A stretch of 64,000 nucleotides of DNA from Cyanophora paradoxa CCMP329. Lineage: Eukaryota; Plantae; Glaucophyta. Within the stretch, counting starts at the first letter, position 1, and every line of letters begins with the position of its first letter. Where the stretch lies: the NCBI GenBank assembly GCA_004431415.1, contig QPMI01000298.1:10358-74357 (forward strand), written 5' to 3'. The notes below the pieces were generated by a model. It saw nothing but the letters and a program-made list of their open reading frames with translations, did not search any database and was not told where the DNA came from. The translations under genes and the position numbers were made by a program. Shown here one piece after another: positions 1-10,557 of the stretch.

Positions 1-354
1 GGCGGTGGGGGCAGCGGCGAGCTCGCTCGCCACGCTCTCCGAGCGCATGGCGTGCCCGAGGGTGCGCGCGGAGCTCGGCGGTGGGGAGACCCGCGGCGGC
101 CCCCGCGCGCTCGGGCTCGACCCCGTGCCCGCCGCCGGGTCCGGCTCCGCGGGCGTGGACATCCCCTCCAAAATGGACCCGACGCCCGCCGGGTCTGGAG
201 GCGCTGAATCGACTGCGCCGGCCCCGCCAGAGTTCAGAGGTACGAGGTAGCGGTGGCGGCGCCCAAGACTCAGCATGGCGCTGCGGCCATCCTCTTTGAG
301 GGCGTCTGGCTTCTCGTCCCCAGCGGCTGCCGCAAGGGGCGCGTGCGGCGCCAT
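1..354 (-). CDS. 5' part of a hypothetical protein that runs off the window edge
   Basis: Open frame from ATG at 354 to position 1 (MAPHAPLAAAAGDEKPDALKEDGRSAML...); no recognisable domain. Confidence 0.35.
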   Translation of the reverse strand, partial: MAPHAPLAAAAGDEKPDALKEDGRSAMLSLGRRHRYLVPLNSGGAGAVDSAPPDPAGVGSILEGMSTPAEPDPAAGTGSSPSARGPPRVSPPPSSARTLGHAMRSESVASELAAAPTA

Positions 355-719
355 GTTCGCAAGGGCGCCTTGAGCAGGTTATTCCATCGACCTCACGCAG
401 CAAATTCCGTCGTCCGCAGACCTAAGCGCGGTTAGATGACGGGGAGGAAGCTAAAAGCGGGGCGGGGGGAGCCGGCGCAGCTATTTGCCTTGGGTGCCTT
501 GGGGGAACTAAAAACGCTCGCGCTGCGGGCTGCGCGAATAGCACTCTACATCTGGCGCACCGGACCGAATAGCAGGGCGCCGCGAATCGAAGCTCGAATC
601 GAAGACCCCCGCTTGGTTCCCAAATGCGCGCTTCGCAAGCCAGAATTCAAAGAGCCTACCCCCCCGCTATAAATTTGAGCCCCTACCCCTCCCCATGAGA
701 ATGTCAGAACGTGTACGTA

Positions 720-828
720 TGTAGTGCGCCAAATAAAATGGCGCGCCATCTTATTTTTATGGCGCACGCTTTTGAGCCATCGCAGAAAAAAAGGCGCCGG
801 CCAGCGCAGCCGGAGCTTTGCGTTGGGG
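720..828 (+). repeat. Left terminal inverted repeat (109 bp)
   Basis: TGTAGTGCGCCAAATAAAATGGCGCGCC...CGTTGGGG is the exact reverse complement of 4233-4341. Confidence 0.97.
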
Positions 829-977
829 AGTACTGCTAGGCTAGCTGTCGCGATCGAAATCGCCTATCATTATAGCCTACCGCCGGGCTACCGGTATAGG
901 ACCGCACTGGGCGGGAAGCGGTCGGGGAGCCGCGCGCGCGCACCGAGCCCGAAGGCGCGGCCCCAGGCACATCAGCA

Positions 978-3396
978 ATGAGGTGGTGGGAGCATCCAGA
1001 TGTCAGAGACCTTCCCAACAAGTTCGAATGCAGGTGTCCACCCGCAGAGAATCTGTCCGGGCTCTGCGGCAATAACTTCCTGTGCAAGACTCTGTTTCCT
1101 AACATTCGCATCGACATGCCCAGCAACGCAGCAGCGGCATCGTCATCGCAATCGAGCAACCAACAGCAGTCAGCACCATCGAGCGGCCAGCAGGCGCCGT
1201 CCACCTCGAGCGGACAGGCGGCGAGTTCGAGCAGTAAGCCGCGTAATCGAAAGCGGCCAAATACTAGTGAACCGCCGCGGCCGCGCGGGCGCCCTCGGAA
1301 GCAGCCACCAGCACCTGCAGCTGTGGGCGCAGATGGCGCAGCAGCTTCAGAATCACAGCCAGCAGAGGCAGCGGCTTCGAGCTCGAGCTCGAGGCAGCAA
1401 CAACAAAAGAAGGGCTCGGCCGCAGCAGCCGGCAAGCGCATCGACACCACCGAATTTCGCCACCGAGTCCAGCGGATGTTCGCCGAATCCCGAGGCGCTG
1501 AACCGGTCCCAGCAGCATCAGTGCAGCGCGTAACTTTCGAAGAATATCGAGCCGCTATACAGCGTGTGAAGCCCGGAGCGGTGCTGCTTTCTCGCGCCGA
1601 CATCGAACACGTTAAGTACATCCTCGAAAACCCGGACGCGCCCGAGCCCAGCGGCAGCCCAGAGCATGTGAGGCGGGTGAAGAATTGGCGCGAGTTCATG
1701 AGGGGGAAGTACACGCTGCGCGAGGTTCCAGATCCGACAGACAACCTGACAGCGGAGGAGCTCGCCATGCCCAACCCGCGGCCAAGGCGCAAGCTTCGGC
1801 TGGTGGTGGAGAAGCAGGTTGACAACCGCTTGAAGCGAGGAAATTCGGGCGACGCCCCCCCACTGGGCAGGGAGCTGGTGTGTGACGAGGACATTTTCAT
1901 CTGCATCCAGGTGCGATCGCGTTACAACGCAATTCTCTGCGCACGCGCAACGCATCTTCAACGCAAGCGTTGGGTTGCTAGCGTTGGACATTCTCAACAC
2001 ATGCGTTGACCATGCGTTGAACAGAATACATTTTAATTTTTATGTCCACTGCATTGCACTGTTTGTGACGCGGTCATGATCGTGCGCAGCGCGAACACCT
2101 TGAGAGCGGGCACAAAGGTGGCACCGGTGTATACAACAATGCGAAGCAAAGGTACGCGATTCCTCGCTACCTGGTCCGCATCTACGTCAAGATTTGGTGA
2201 GTTTTCTGACCACAGACAAACCAATCGTGACTAAGACTCACCTGCGGTCGTGGGATGGGGCTGCAGTCCAGTCTGCAAGCTCAAGAACAAGAGGAGGCAG
2301 CCCGACGGGATCCTCCATCCAATCAAGGTGATTGGTTTCTGGGATCGGGCAATTGTCGACTTCTTTGAGATGCCCAAGGCATGGGCCCCTGCCCCGCATG
2401 GTGAGATGTTGCTATTGATGCGCCTGGCCACGTGTTAAAATTTACCTGGGAGTTGCAGGAGTGGCTGCCGGGGTGGAAGTGGAATGAGAGCTCAGGCGAG
2501 CTCGAGAGGGTCTGGTACTGGGAGCAAGCAGTGCACGTGTGCCGGTACGAGAAGAAAATCCCGGATCCCGAATTTCCGGGCTGCTACAAGACGGTCTTTG
2601 TCACGGACGTCATTCCGCGATTCTGGGCATTTGTCCTGGCCATAAAGGTCAGTTTTCGGCACGGTCATGCGCAGATTTCTGCATCCGGTAACGAACAACG
2701 GCGAACGCAGGACCACTACACTCGTTTCCTCATCCTGGAGGCTTGCGAATCAAAGTGCGCAGGCGAAGTTGCTGATCGTCTTCGCGAGAAATTTGCCTAC
2801 TTCGGCGCATGCACAATCCTGTCCTGCGACAACGGATCGGAGTTCAAGAATGATGTGAAATTCCCCGATATCTCTTGTAAACTTCAATATTAATTATGTT
2901 AACGGAGTATGGCAGATCATGAAGGTCCTTATGGCGGCCTACCCGAACTCGTCCATCGCCTACGGGAAACCGTACACTCCAGAGCACCAGGGCTCTGTGG
3001 AGCGCGCGAACAGGGACTCGAAGCCGACGCTCGAGGCTATTTGCTACGAACGCCGGAACCAGAATGCGGAGGACTGGGCGAACTGGGCCCTAGCCATTCC
3101 CGATGTATTTAAAATCCTTTTCATACCCCATTTGAAAATTCCAAGTGCACTGATCGATGCTGGATTCTCAGGCAATGGAGTCCCACAACAGCATGAAGTT
3201 CGCGAACGGGCACAAGATGACACCCATCGAGGCCATGACCGGGCGCAGACCTTCACGAAGGCCTTTGGGAATTGAGCCACCGTCGGATCCGACAAGGCCG
3301 TACACCGAGAAGGACATTGAGGACCTCCTCGGAGTGCGCAACGGAATGTCTGAGGACCTCCTCGGAGTGCGCAACGGAATGTCTGCCTTCAGGTAG
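978..3396 (+). CDS. Spliced transposase/integrase (AT-hook, HHCC zinc finger, rve DDE core), ~6 introns
   Basis: Manual splicing gives RPRGRPRK (AT-hook); EHLESGH...KICPVC (HHCC); PIKVIGFWDRAIVDFFEMP (D1); AIKDHYTRF; ILSCDNGSEF (D2); GKPYTPEHQGSVERANR (E). D2-E spacing is 36, as in SCAND3/KRBA2/Ginger2-type integrases. Start codon uncertain (978 or 1116). Confidence 0.88.
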
Positions 3397-4124
3397 TTCG
3401 CGCCTGTCGCCGCCCTCTTCTTTGCTCGAGGTTCACCTGCAGAGGCGATCGCAGCTCCGACGGATCTCTGGACCTGCAAGGCCACGGCCTCCACGAGCGA
3501 ACTCAGCTGCGCCGAGTCCGACGAAGTCGCCGCCTGAACCGTCTGGGGCGCCGGCGCTGCAGCTGCGTGCTGCGCCTTGCCGCGCTTCATGAGCTTCACA
3601 AGTTCGGGGTCGGCGTTGCTGTCGCCGTCCTCGTGCGCTGGCTGCATGTCCCGCCGCACGACGTAGAAGAAACATCCGGGACTGAGCTTCGGCAGCTTCC
3701 GAGACGCAGTCCTCAGATCGAGGGTGTCCGCCTCCGGATCGTAGAAGTACAGGTCCAGGCCCGCAGGTCCGACGGATTGCGTGAAGCGGAGCTGCCGCTC
3801 CGCATCCTTCAAGAGCTCCGCAGGCCATCCCGTGCCTCCCTCGACCTCGATGGTCACCGTCGCTGCGTCACGGGCAAGGTGCACGCGCGGTCGGGCATCA
3901 GCGCGGCGCCCGGTGCGCGCCTTCGCATCACAGCTCAAGAGTATCGAACCTTTGGTCGTAGTAAGGCCTCCGTTCTGCCGGCTGTCGGCGAGAACACGCA
4001 CTTCGACTGGTTCCGCGGGCGCCTGCAGCTGCCCTGCGCGAGCCGCCGACTCTTCGGCTCCCGCAGCCGCTGCTGCGTCGCTCGACTCGCCTAGCTTAGC
4101 CACTTTGCCCTTCTTGGGCGCCAT
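3168..4124 (-). CDS. Second ORF of unknown function inside the transposon, convergent with the integrase
   Basis: 318-aa ORF starting MAPKKGKVAK (NLS-like), 109 bp inside the right TIR, with a globular-looking central part (LDLYFYDPEADTLDLR...CFFYVVRR). Its 3' end overlaps the last integrase exon. Confidence 0.55.
   Translation of the reverse strand: MAPKKGKVAKLGESSDAAAAAGAEESAARAGQLQAPAEPVEVRVLADSRQNGGLTTTKGSILLSCDAKARTGRRADARPRVHLARDAATVTIEVEGGTGWPAELLKDAERQLRFTQSVGPAGLDLYFYDPEADTLDLRTASRKLPKLSPGCFFYVVRRDMQPAHEDGDSNADPELVKLMKRGKAQHAAAAPAPQTVQAATSSDSAQLSSLVEAVALQVQRSVGAAIASAGEPRAKKRAATGANYLKADIPLRTPRRSSDIPLRTPRRSSMSFSVYGLVGSDGGSIPKGLREGLRPVMASMGVILCPFANFMLLWDSIA
3318..3383 (+). repeat. Exact 33-bp tandem duplication
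   Basis: TGAGGACCTCCTCGGAGTGCGCAACGGAATGTC twice; frame-preserving (EDLLGVRNGMS x2). Confidence 0.95.
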
Positions 4125-4232
4125 GTGAGGACCGCCCCGCCCGCTGCCGCAGTGCTGTCTGCCGGCTGCTGCTGTGCGCGCTACCTGTAGCTATAGTACT
4201 ATTGCATCATACGCTGGGAGTCGTAGTAGCCC

Positions 4233-4341
4233 CCCCAACGCAAAGCTCCGGCTGCGCTGGCCGGCGCCTTTTTTTCTGCGATGGCTCAAAAGCGTGCGCC
4301 ATAAAAATAAGATGGCGCGCCATTTTATTTGGCGCACTACA
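4233..4341 (-). repeat. Right terminal inverted repeat (109 bp)
   Basis: Exact reverse complement of 720-828, followed by the TSD ACGTA. Confidence 0.97.
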
Positions 4342-4604
4342 ACGTAAACTGAACTCGAATGCATATGACTGATCATGATCACGATCAGCTAGCTGACTCC
4401 ACTTGAAAAACGTTTACATCTTTGAGTGCTATAGCTATCATAGTATGCCTGCGAATTCAAGCTTACTAGCCTAGTAGTAGCTGGAGCGCTGTACACGGTT
4501 GAGAGAAGGGCCGGGGGGGCCCGGGGGGGGAGGGTGGGGGTGGGGGGTGGGGTCGATAAAGGTCGTTTTCAGGGGCGCCGTTCAACGGAGGGTTGGGGCG
4601 GGGG

Positions 4605-7600
4605 CTAGCGGATGCGGGCCTTGCCGGGGTCGGAGCGTATGGTGGCGGTGCGCTCGTCGGTGGGCTCCGAGGTCGCCACGTCCGACCCGGCGTCCGCCGA
4701 GTGCGAGCCCCCGCTCGACGCCTCCACGCTGTCCCCGGCCGGCGTCGGCTGGTGCCCCCGGCAGCGCGCGCGAGGGGCGGGTGCGGGGCGGGGGCGGGGG
4801 CGGCACCTGGGGTCCTCGCGGAAGCGGAGGTCGGGGAGGCGGGGGGCGTTGGCGGCGGGGCGCCCCTCGACCTCGGCGTCAGGCACCTCGGGGATCTCGA
4901 CCTCGAGGGGCGCCAGCGCCTCGTTCGGCGCGATCCGCTTGTCCTGGAAGTAGCTCACCAGCTGCCCCCCGCCCCGTCACCACCGCAGGCCGGCGGCGGG
5001 GGGGCCGAGGGGGGCGGACCTGGTCGGGGATCTCCTTGAGGGTGTCGCGGGCGAGCTTGGAGTAGTGCTTCTTGCGGTAGTCGGCGAAGCGGACGAACTG
5101 GACGATGTCGCGGGAGGCGATGTTCCCCTCCGCGTCCGCCAGCATGCACTCGTCCGAGTCCAGCGCCTCCATCGCCTCGAAGTTCGCGTACCCCACCCCC
5201 ACGATCACGATCGAGAGCGGCAGGCTCGACGCCGCCACGATCTCCTTGATCGCCTCCTCGAGGTCTGCCCCGGGGGCCCCCGCAGCCTCAGCGGCGGGCG
5301 GGGCGGCCGGGCGTGGGGGCGGGGCGGGCCGTCGACGGTGCCGTCGGTGAGGATGAGGAGGACGATGTACTTCTGGCGGGCCCCGCCGGCGGCCTCGCAC
5401 TCGTGCTCGGCGGCGCGCGCCAGCTTGGAGACCTCCCGCAGCACCGGCCCGAACCGCGTCGGGCCCGAGAGCTGCACCTTCTCCAGCGCCTGCACCCCCG
5501 CCCCGCCCCGCCCCGTGCCGCCTCAGGCCCCCTCAGGCCCCGCGCCCGCCGCCCCGGGCCCCGCGCCCCGGGCGCACGGCGCAGTAGGTCTCGAGGATGC
5601 CGACGAGGCCGTCGCAGGCCGGCTGCGGGGCGCCGTCGGCCCCCGCACACGGGCGCGGGGGCGGGGCGGGCGGACGTCGCGGGCGTTGAAGTTGAGGGGG
5701 AAGCAGTGGGAGACCTCCCCGTCCGGCAGCTTCCCCCCGAACCCGAACGTCTGCCCCCCCACGCGGCGTCAGGCAGGGCGGGGCGGCGGGGTGGGGCGGG
5801 TGTGGGGCGGGGGGGGCGGACGGGGATGCGGCGGTCGGTGTCGTAGTTGGCGAGGACCTCGCCGACGGCGGTGATGGCCTGCACGTACTCGTTCGGCACC
5901 TCGCTCTCCATCGTGTGCAGCGACGTCGCCAGCCGCGGGTCCCCGTTGCTCGCCGTGAAGTCGATCGCGACGGCGAGGTTGATCTCGCACCCCCCCGAGA
6001 CGTAGTCGGTGAACGTCGGCTGCTTCTTGAGGGCGGCGCGCTCGAGGCGGACAATGCCGAAGTGCTCCGTTTGGCCCATGTTCACGAAGCTGAAGCCGCG
6101 CGCCTTCGCCGGGTTGATCACCTGCCGCCCCGCCCCCCTCAACCCCTCCCCCCCGGCCACCCCCCTCCCCCTCCCCCCTCTCACCTTGAACTCGGGCTTC
6201 TCGCCGCTCTTGGCGGCGTGCATGAAGTCCCGCACCGTGAACTGCGCCCCCCGCCCGCCCCCGGGTGCGTTAAGCGCGCAGGAGGCGCCGGTGGCGGGGG
6301 GTGGGGCGGGGCGGGCCTCGAAGCCGCCGATGAGGATGCGCTTGAGCTGGGAGCGCTTGTGGAAGACCTGGACGACGAGCTCCTTGTCGAGCTCGGCCTC
6401 GGTGAGGCTGCCGCCGCTGAAGCGCTCCCCCGTGAACCGGTTCAGCGTCATCTCCCCCTCGCTCCACTTCGGCGCTGCCCCGCACCCGCTCGCCCCGGCC
6501 CGCACCGGCGCGGCGGGCGGCGGGCGGGGCGGGGGCGGCGCGCACAGTTGGAGGAGCGGGTCTCGGAGGTGTAGAGGGCGGCGAGGTCGCCCTCCTCCTT
6601 GCGCGCCAGCACGTAGAACGCCTCTGCCCGCCCCTCAGCCGCCGCCCCCGCCCGCCCCCGCCGCGCCCGGCGCCCGGCGCCGGCGCGCACTGTTCTGGTG
6701 GAGGATGGAGAACTTGGTGACGAGGTTCTCCGCGATGAAGCGGAAGCTGGGCGGCGTGAGGCGGGGCGCGCGGGCCCCCGCGGGCGGGGGGCGGGCGGGG
6801 GCGGGGGGCGGGCCTGATCTTCTCGGAGACGTTCTTGGCGACCTCGCCCTTGATCGTCAGCTCCCCCGACGGCCGGTTGAACTTCTTCGGGTCCCTGCCC
6901 GCCCCAGGCGGCTCGCCCGGCGCGGCCCGGCGCGGGGCGCGGCGGGGCGCGGGGCGGGGCGCACGTGAGGCGGCGGGTGACCGTGTGGCCGTGGGCGCCC
7001 ATGATCTCGGCCATCGTGATGAAGACCTCCCCGATGAGGTGCGCCTCCGTGAAGTGGATCTTCCGGCCCCACTCCACGTCGTACACCGCGAACCGCATCG
7101 GCTGCACGATCTGCGCCCCGCTCGCCCCCCCGCCCCCCGCGACGCGCGCCCCCGCGGCGGGGCCGGGGACGCGCCTCGAAGACGTAGTCGACGACGAAGG
7201 TCTTTGAGAACTTGGGGCTGTTGTTGTTGTGGATCGGCTGCTCCCCGCCCCGCGGTCAGGGGCCGGGGCGGGGGGCGGGGCGGGGGGGCGGGGCGGGGGG
7301 GCGGGGCGGGCCTCGGTGCGGCCGAACTCGACCCAGGCGGAGGAGGAGCGACCGGCTTGCGTCTCCGGCGGCTGGTACATCACGCAGATCGGGTCCGCCA
7401 GCGTCAGCAGATCCACCTTGCGTAGCTTCCTGCGCCGCGCCGCGCCCGTCGGTCGCCGCCCGGCGGGGAGCGGGGCGGGGCGGGGCGGGGGGGCACCCGC
7501 AGGAGACGGAGAGCTCGATCTTGGTGCCGGAGATGCCGTCGCCGGTCGGGTAGAGGAACTCGTCGAGCTCGTCGAGCTCGCCGATGCTGTTCGACGAGGC

Positions 7601-7957
7601 GTGGCTGCGGCCCCGAGACTGCGAGCCGACCTTGGTCTGCGAGCCCATCCGCGAGCCCGAGTAGCGCGACTGCGAGCCCGTCTGCGAGCCGACCGCCGAG
7701 CGCTTCGAGGAGAGCCCGATCGCCGTCGCCCCCCGCCGCGCCCTCCCCCTCCGGTAGGTGTGGTGGCTCGACGCATGGCTCGACGCGTCGTTCTGGCTCC
7801 TCCTCTTCTTCCAGAACGCCATCTTGCCCAGCCTCCCTAGCGCTGTGGGGGCCTTCTTCTTACCGGGCCTCTTCTCATGCTTGCCGCCCTTCTCATCCTT
7901 GGCGCCCGATGTGCTCTTCGGTTCTTCCTTGGGCTTCTTCAAGCCGAACAACCCCAT
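4605..7957 (-). CDS. Copine (two C2 domains + vWA), multi-exon
   Basis: IELSVSC..DP; EINLAVAIDFTASNGDP; FGFGGK; SGPTRFGPV; YIVLLILTDG; LPLSIVIVGVG; RDIVQFVRF; LKEIPDQ. N-terminal MG suggests possible myristoylation. Confidence 0.93.
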
Positions 7958-8357
7958 AGCCAGCCGAGACGCTGGGCGGCTCGGCAACTGCTCGTCGTGC
8001 GCGGCCGAGCTGATGTACTAGCTACTTGCGTGATGTTTCCCCTGAAGCAGCTGTGAAGCTCGATTGGGCCGGCCGGGCCGGCCTGCACGGGCCTTGACTG
8101 GGCCGGCCGGCGCTACAGGAGCTCGAGGCCGACGTCGCCCGCGCCGGCTGCTGAGCTGGAAAACTCACTGTTTCGGATGTGCCTAGTCAAACATGCAAAG
8201 GGTGGCCTACGGCGCTTGGCTGTGAACTGTGGACGTCGGCGGGAGGGGTGGGATTCGGAGCCGGGTACCGAAGTCAGCAGCGTTCAATTGAAACTTGCCG
8301 CGGCGCCGCATTGCCGCAGCGCTAGCGCCGCAGCGCCGCAGCATTGGCCCAGCTGCG

Positions 8358-10557
8358 ATGCCGTTAGGGTCGGGGCTCGCGCGGTCCCTGCGAGACGCCT
8401 TTGCGGCCGAGGGCCTTTACGTGCACGCGGAGTGGGTGGAGGCCATCCTCAGGGCATGGAGCGAGAAGCACGGCGCTCACAGCGTCGAGTCCTGGTCGAA
8501 GGACGAGCTGCTGCGACGCCTGCAGGAGGATTTCATGTTCGCCGACTTGAACCTGGCCGGCAGCGGATGCCTGCCACCAAACGTGAGCGGTATGCACAAG
8601 CAGGTTCTTCAAGGAAGGTGCGCTTGCGGAGAGCTGCGAGCGCTCCCGGCGGGCGCCGACGGAGCGCTCCGCAGCTACGTGCTCCAAGTCGACGAGATGA
8701 TCAACGTGGCGGAGCCGGAGGACTCGCGCTACGACGGGGAGTCTTCGAGCCGCATGTTAAAGCTGCGGATGACGGACGGGAGGCAGAGCGTGAGCGGGTC
8801 GGAGTTCCGGCGCATTTCTGGCCTCGCGTACGACAGCCCCGCCGGCCTGAAGGTCGGCCGGCACGGCGGCGCGCGAGGTGGCCGGGGCGGGGCGAGCGGG
8901 GGCGCGGGGCGCAGGTGGTTGTGACGGACGCGTGGGTGCGGCGGGGGCTGCTGGACCTCGGCCCCGAGTGCGTGCGGGTGCTCGGCGGGAGGGTCGAGCA
9001 CCTCGAGCGCCAGCGCCTCTTCCGCTGGGAGCAGATGAGGAAGGCCTTCCGCAGGCGGCCCCACCCCGACGAGCCCCCCGAGCCCGAGCCCGACTTCTTC
9101 GCCCCGCCCGGCGCCCACGCCCCCGCCCCGCCCCCGCCCCGCCCCGCCCCGGGGCCCCAGCCCCGCCCCCGCCGCCCCCGCCCGGGCCCAGCAGCGGCCC
9201 CCCTCTGGCCCCGCTCCCCGTGCTGCACCCTTCGCCGCCCCTCCCGCGCCCCAGCCGGGGTCCTCCTCTGCCCCTGCCCCTGGCCCCTCCCGCCCGGCCG
9301 CCGCCCCAGCCCCTCACCCGCCTCCCTCCCCCGGCCCTCGCCACCTGCCCCCGCCCCTCTGCAGCCGCAGCCGCACGCGAGCGCGGGTTTTGAGCCCCAG
9401 CCGCCGCCGCGCGAGGCGGGCGGCGAGGCGGAGGCGAGGACGGGCCCCGCGCCAGCGGCCCCCGCAGCGCCGGCGCCGCTGGTCGGCCAGCGAAGAGCAG
9501 CGCCGCCCGGGGCGGAGGCGTCAGGCGGCCCGCCGCCCGACTCCGGGCCGCCCGGCAGCGGGCCATCCGAGGGATCGCCCCCCGGCACGGCGCCACTGGG
9601 AACCCCGCCCCTCGCGACCGGTCCGGATCCGCTCGGCACCGGGCCGCTTGCAGGGGGAGAGGCGGGGCGCGGGGGCGGGGCGGAGGGCGGGCGGCGGGCA
9701 GCCGTGCCTCCGACGGAGGTGATCGATCTGGAGGAGGACGAGACCCCGTCGGCCCCGCAGCCCCGCCGGCGCCGGCGCAGGCGGACGGGGCGGGGCCGGG
9801 GCCGAGGGCAAGGGGGCCTCGGTGGGCGGGGAGGTGGCGCGGGTGCTGGCGGGGGCGGACGGGGCGCCGTTTGCGCTGCTGCGCGACCTCGCGGCCGCCG
9901 CCCGGGCGCCCTCCTCCGCGTCAAGGCCCGCGGCCGCGCTCCGCGCCCCGCCGGCCCCGCCCGACCCGGCCCGGCGCGCAGGCGTGCGTGTACACCGTGG
10001 AGAAGGCGCGCTGCAAGGCCCGCGACCTCATCTTCTACGTGCGCCCCGCCCCGCCCGCCCCGCCGGCCCCGTCCGCCGCGCGCGCCGCGACGGGGGCGGC
10101 AGGTGACGGTGGAGGACGGCTCCTGCGGCGCCACCGTCCTCGTCTCCCAGGCGGTGCCTCCCGCCGCCCCCTCCCCCGGCCCGGCGGCTCCACGGCAGGC
10201 CCCCTGACGGGGCTGGCGGCGGGGCCAGGTGGTGGAGGAGCTGATGGGGATCTCGGCGCTGGGGTTCCGCACCCTCGTCGCCTCCAGAGGCAACCGCAGC
10301 GCCGCCGTCGACGCCCAGCAGCGCCTCAACCGCCTCCTCCAGGTCCCCCGCGCCCCCGAGCCGCCGCCGAGGAGCCGGGGCGGGGCTGAGGGGGCGGGGG
10401 GGCGGGGCAGACGCTGCGGCTGATGCCGGACGTGGCGATGGTGGTGCGGGCCGGGGGCGGCGAGGGGGCGGCCCCGCACGAGCTCCTCGCCCTCGACCCC
10501 GCCTACCGCGCCTCCCCCGCCGACCTCCACCGCCTCGCCCCTCCCCGCCGCCCCTGA
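8358..10557 (+). CDS. RMI1: RecQ-mediated genome instability protein 1 (RMI1)-like
   Basis: N-terminal helical region plus OB fold (YVLQVDEMINVA...RMLKLRMTDG...PAGLK/VVV..VRRGLLDLGPECVRVLGG), a Pro-rich linker, and a C-terminal OB-like part (VTVEDGS..VVEELMG). Confidence 0.8.

Larger units (their letters stand above)
720..4341 (+). mobile_element. Ginger2/TDD-like cut-and-paste DNA transposon, apparently intact
   Basis: Perfect 109-bp terminal inverted repeats (720-828 and 4233-4341), TGT...ACA termini, 5-bp target-site duplication ACGTA (715-719 and 4342-4346), internal retroviral-type DDE integrase, and no RT or gag. Confidence 0.92.

Noticed and set aside
720-4341. LTR retrotransposon or Polinton interpretation
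   Set aside because: The terminal repeats are inverted; there is no RT, gag, polB or capsid gene; the element is only 3.6 kb.
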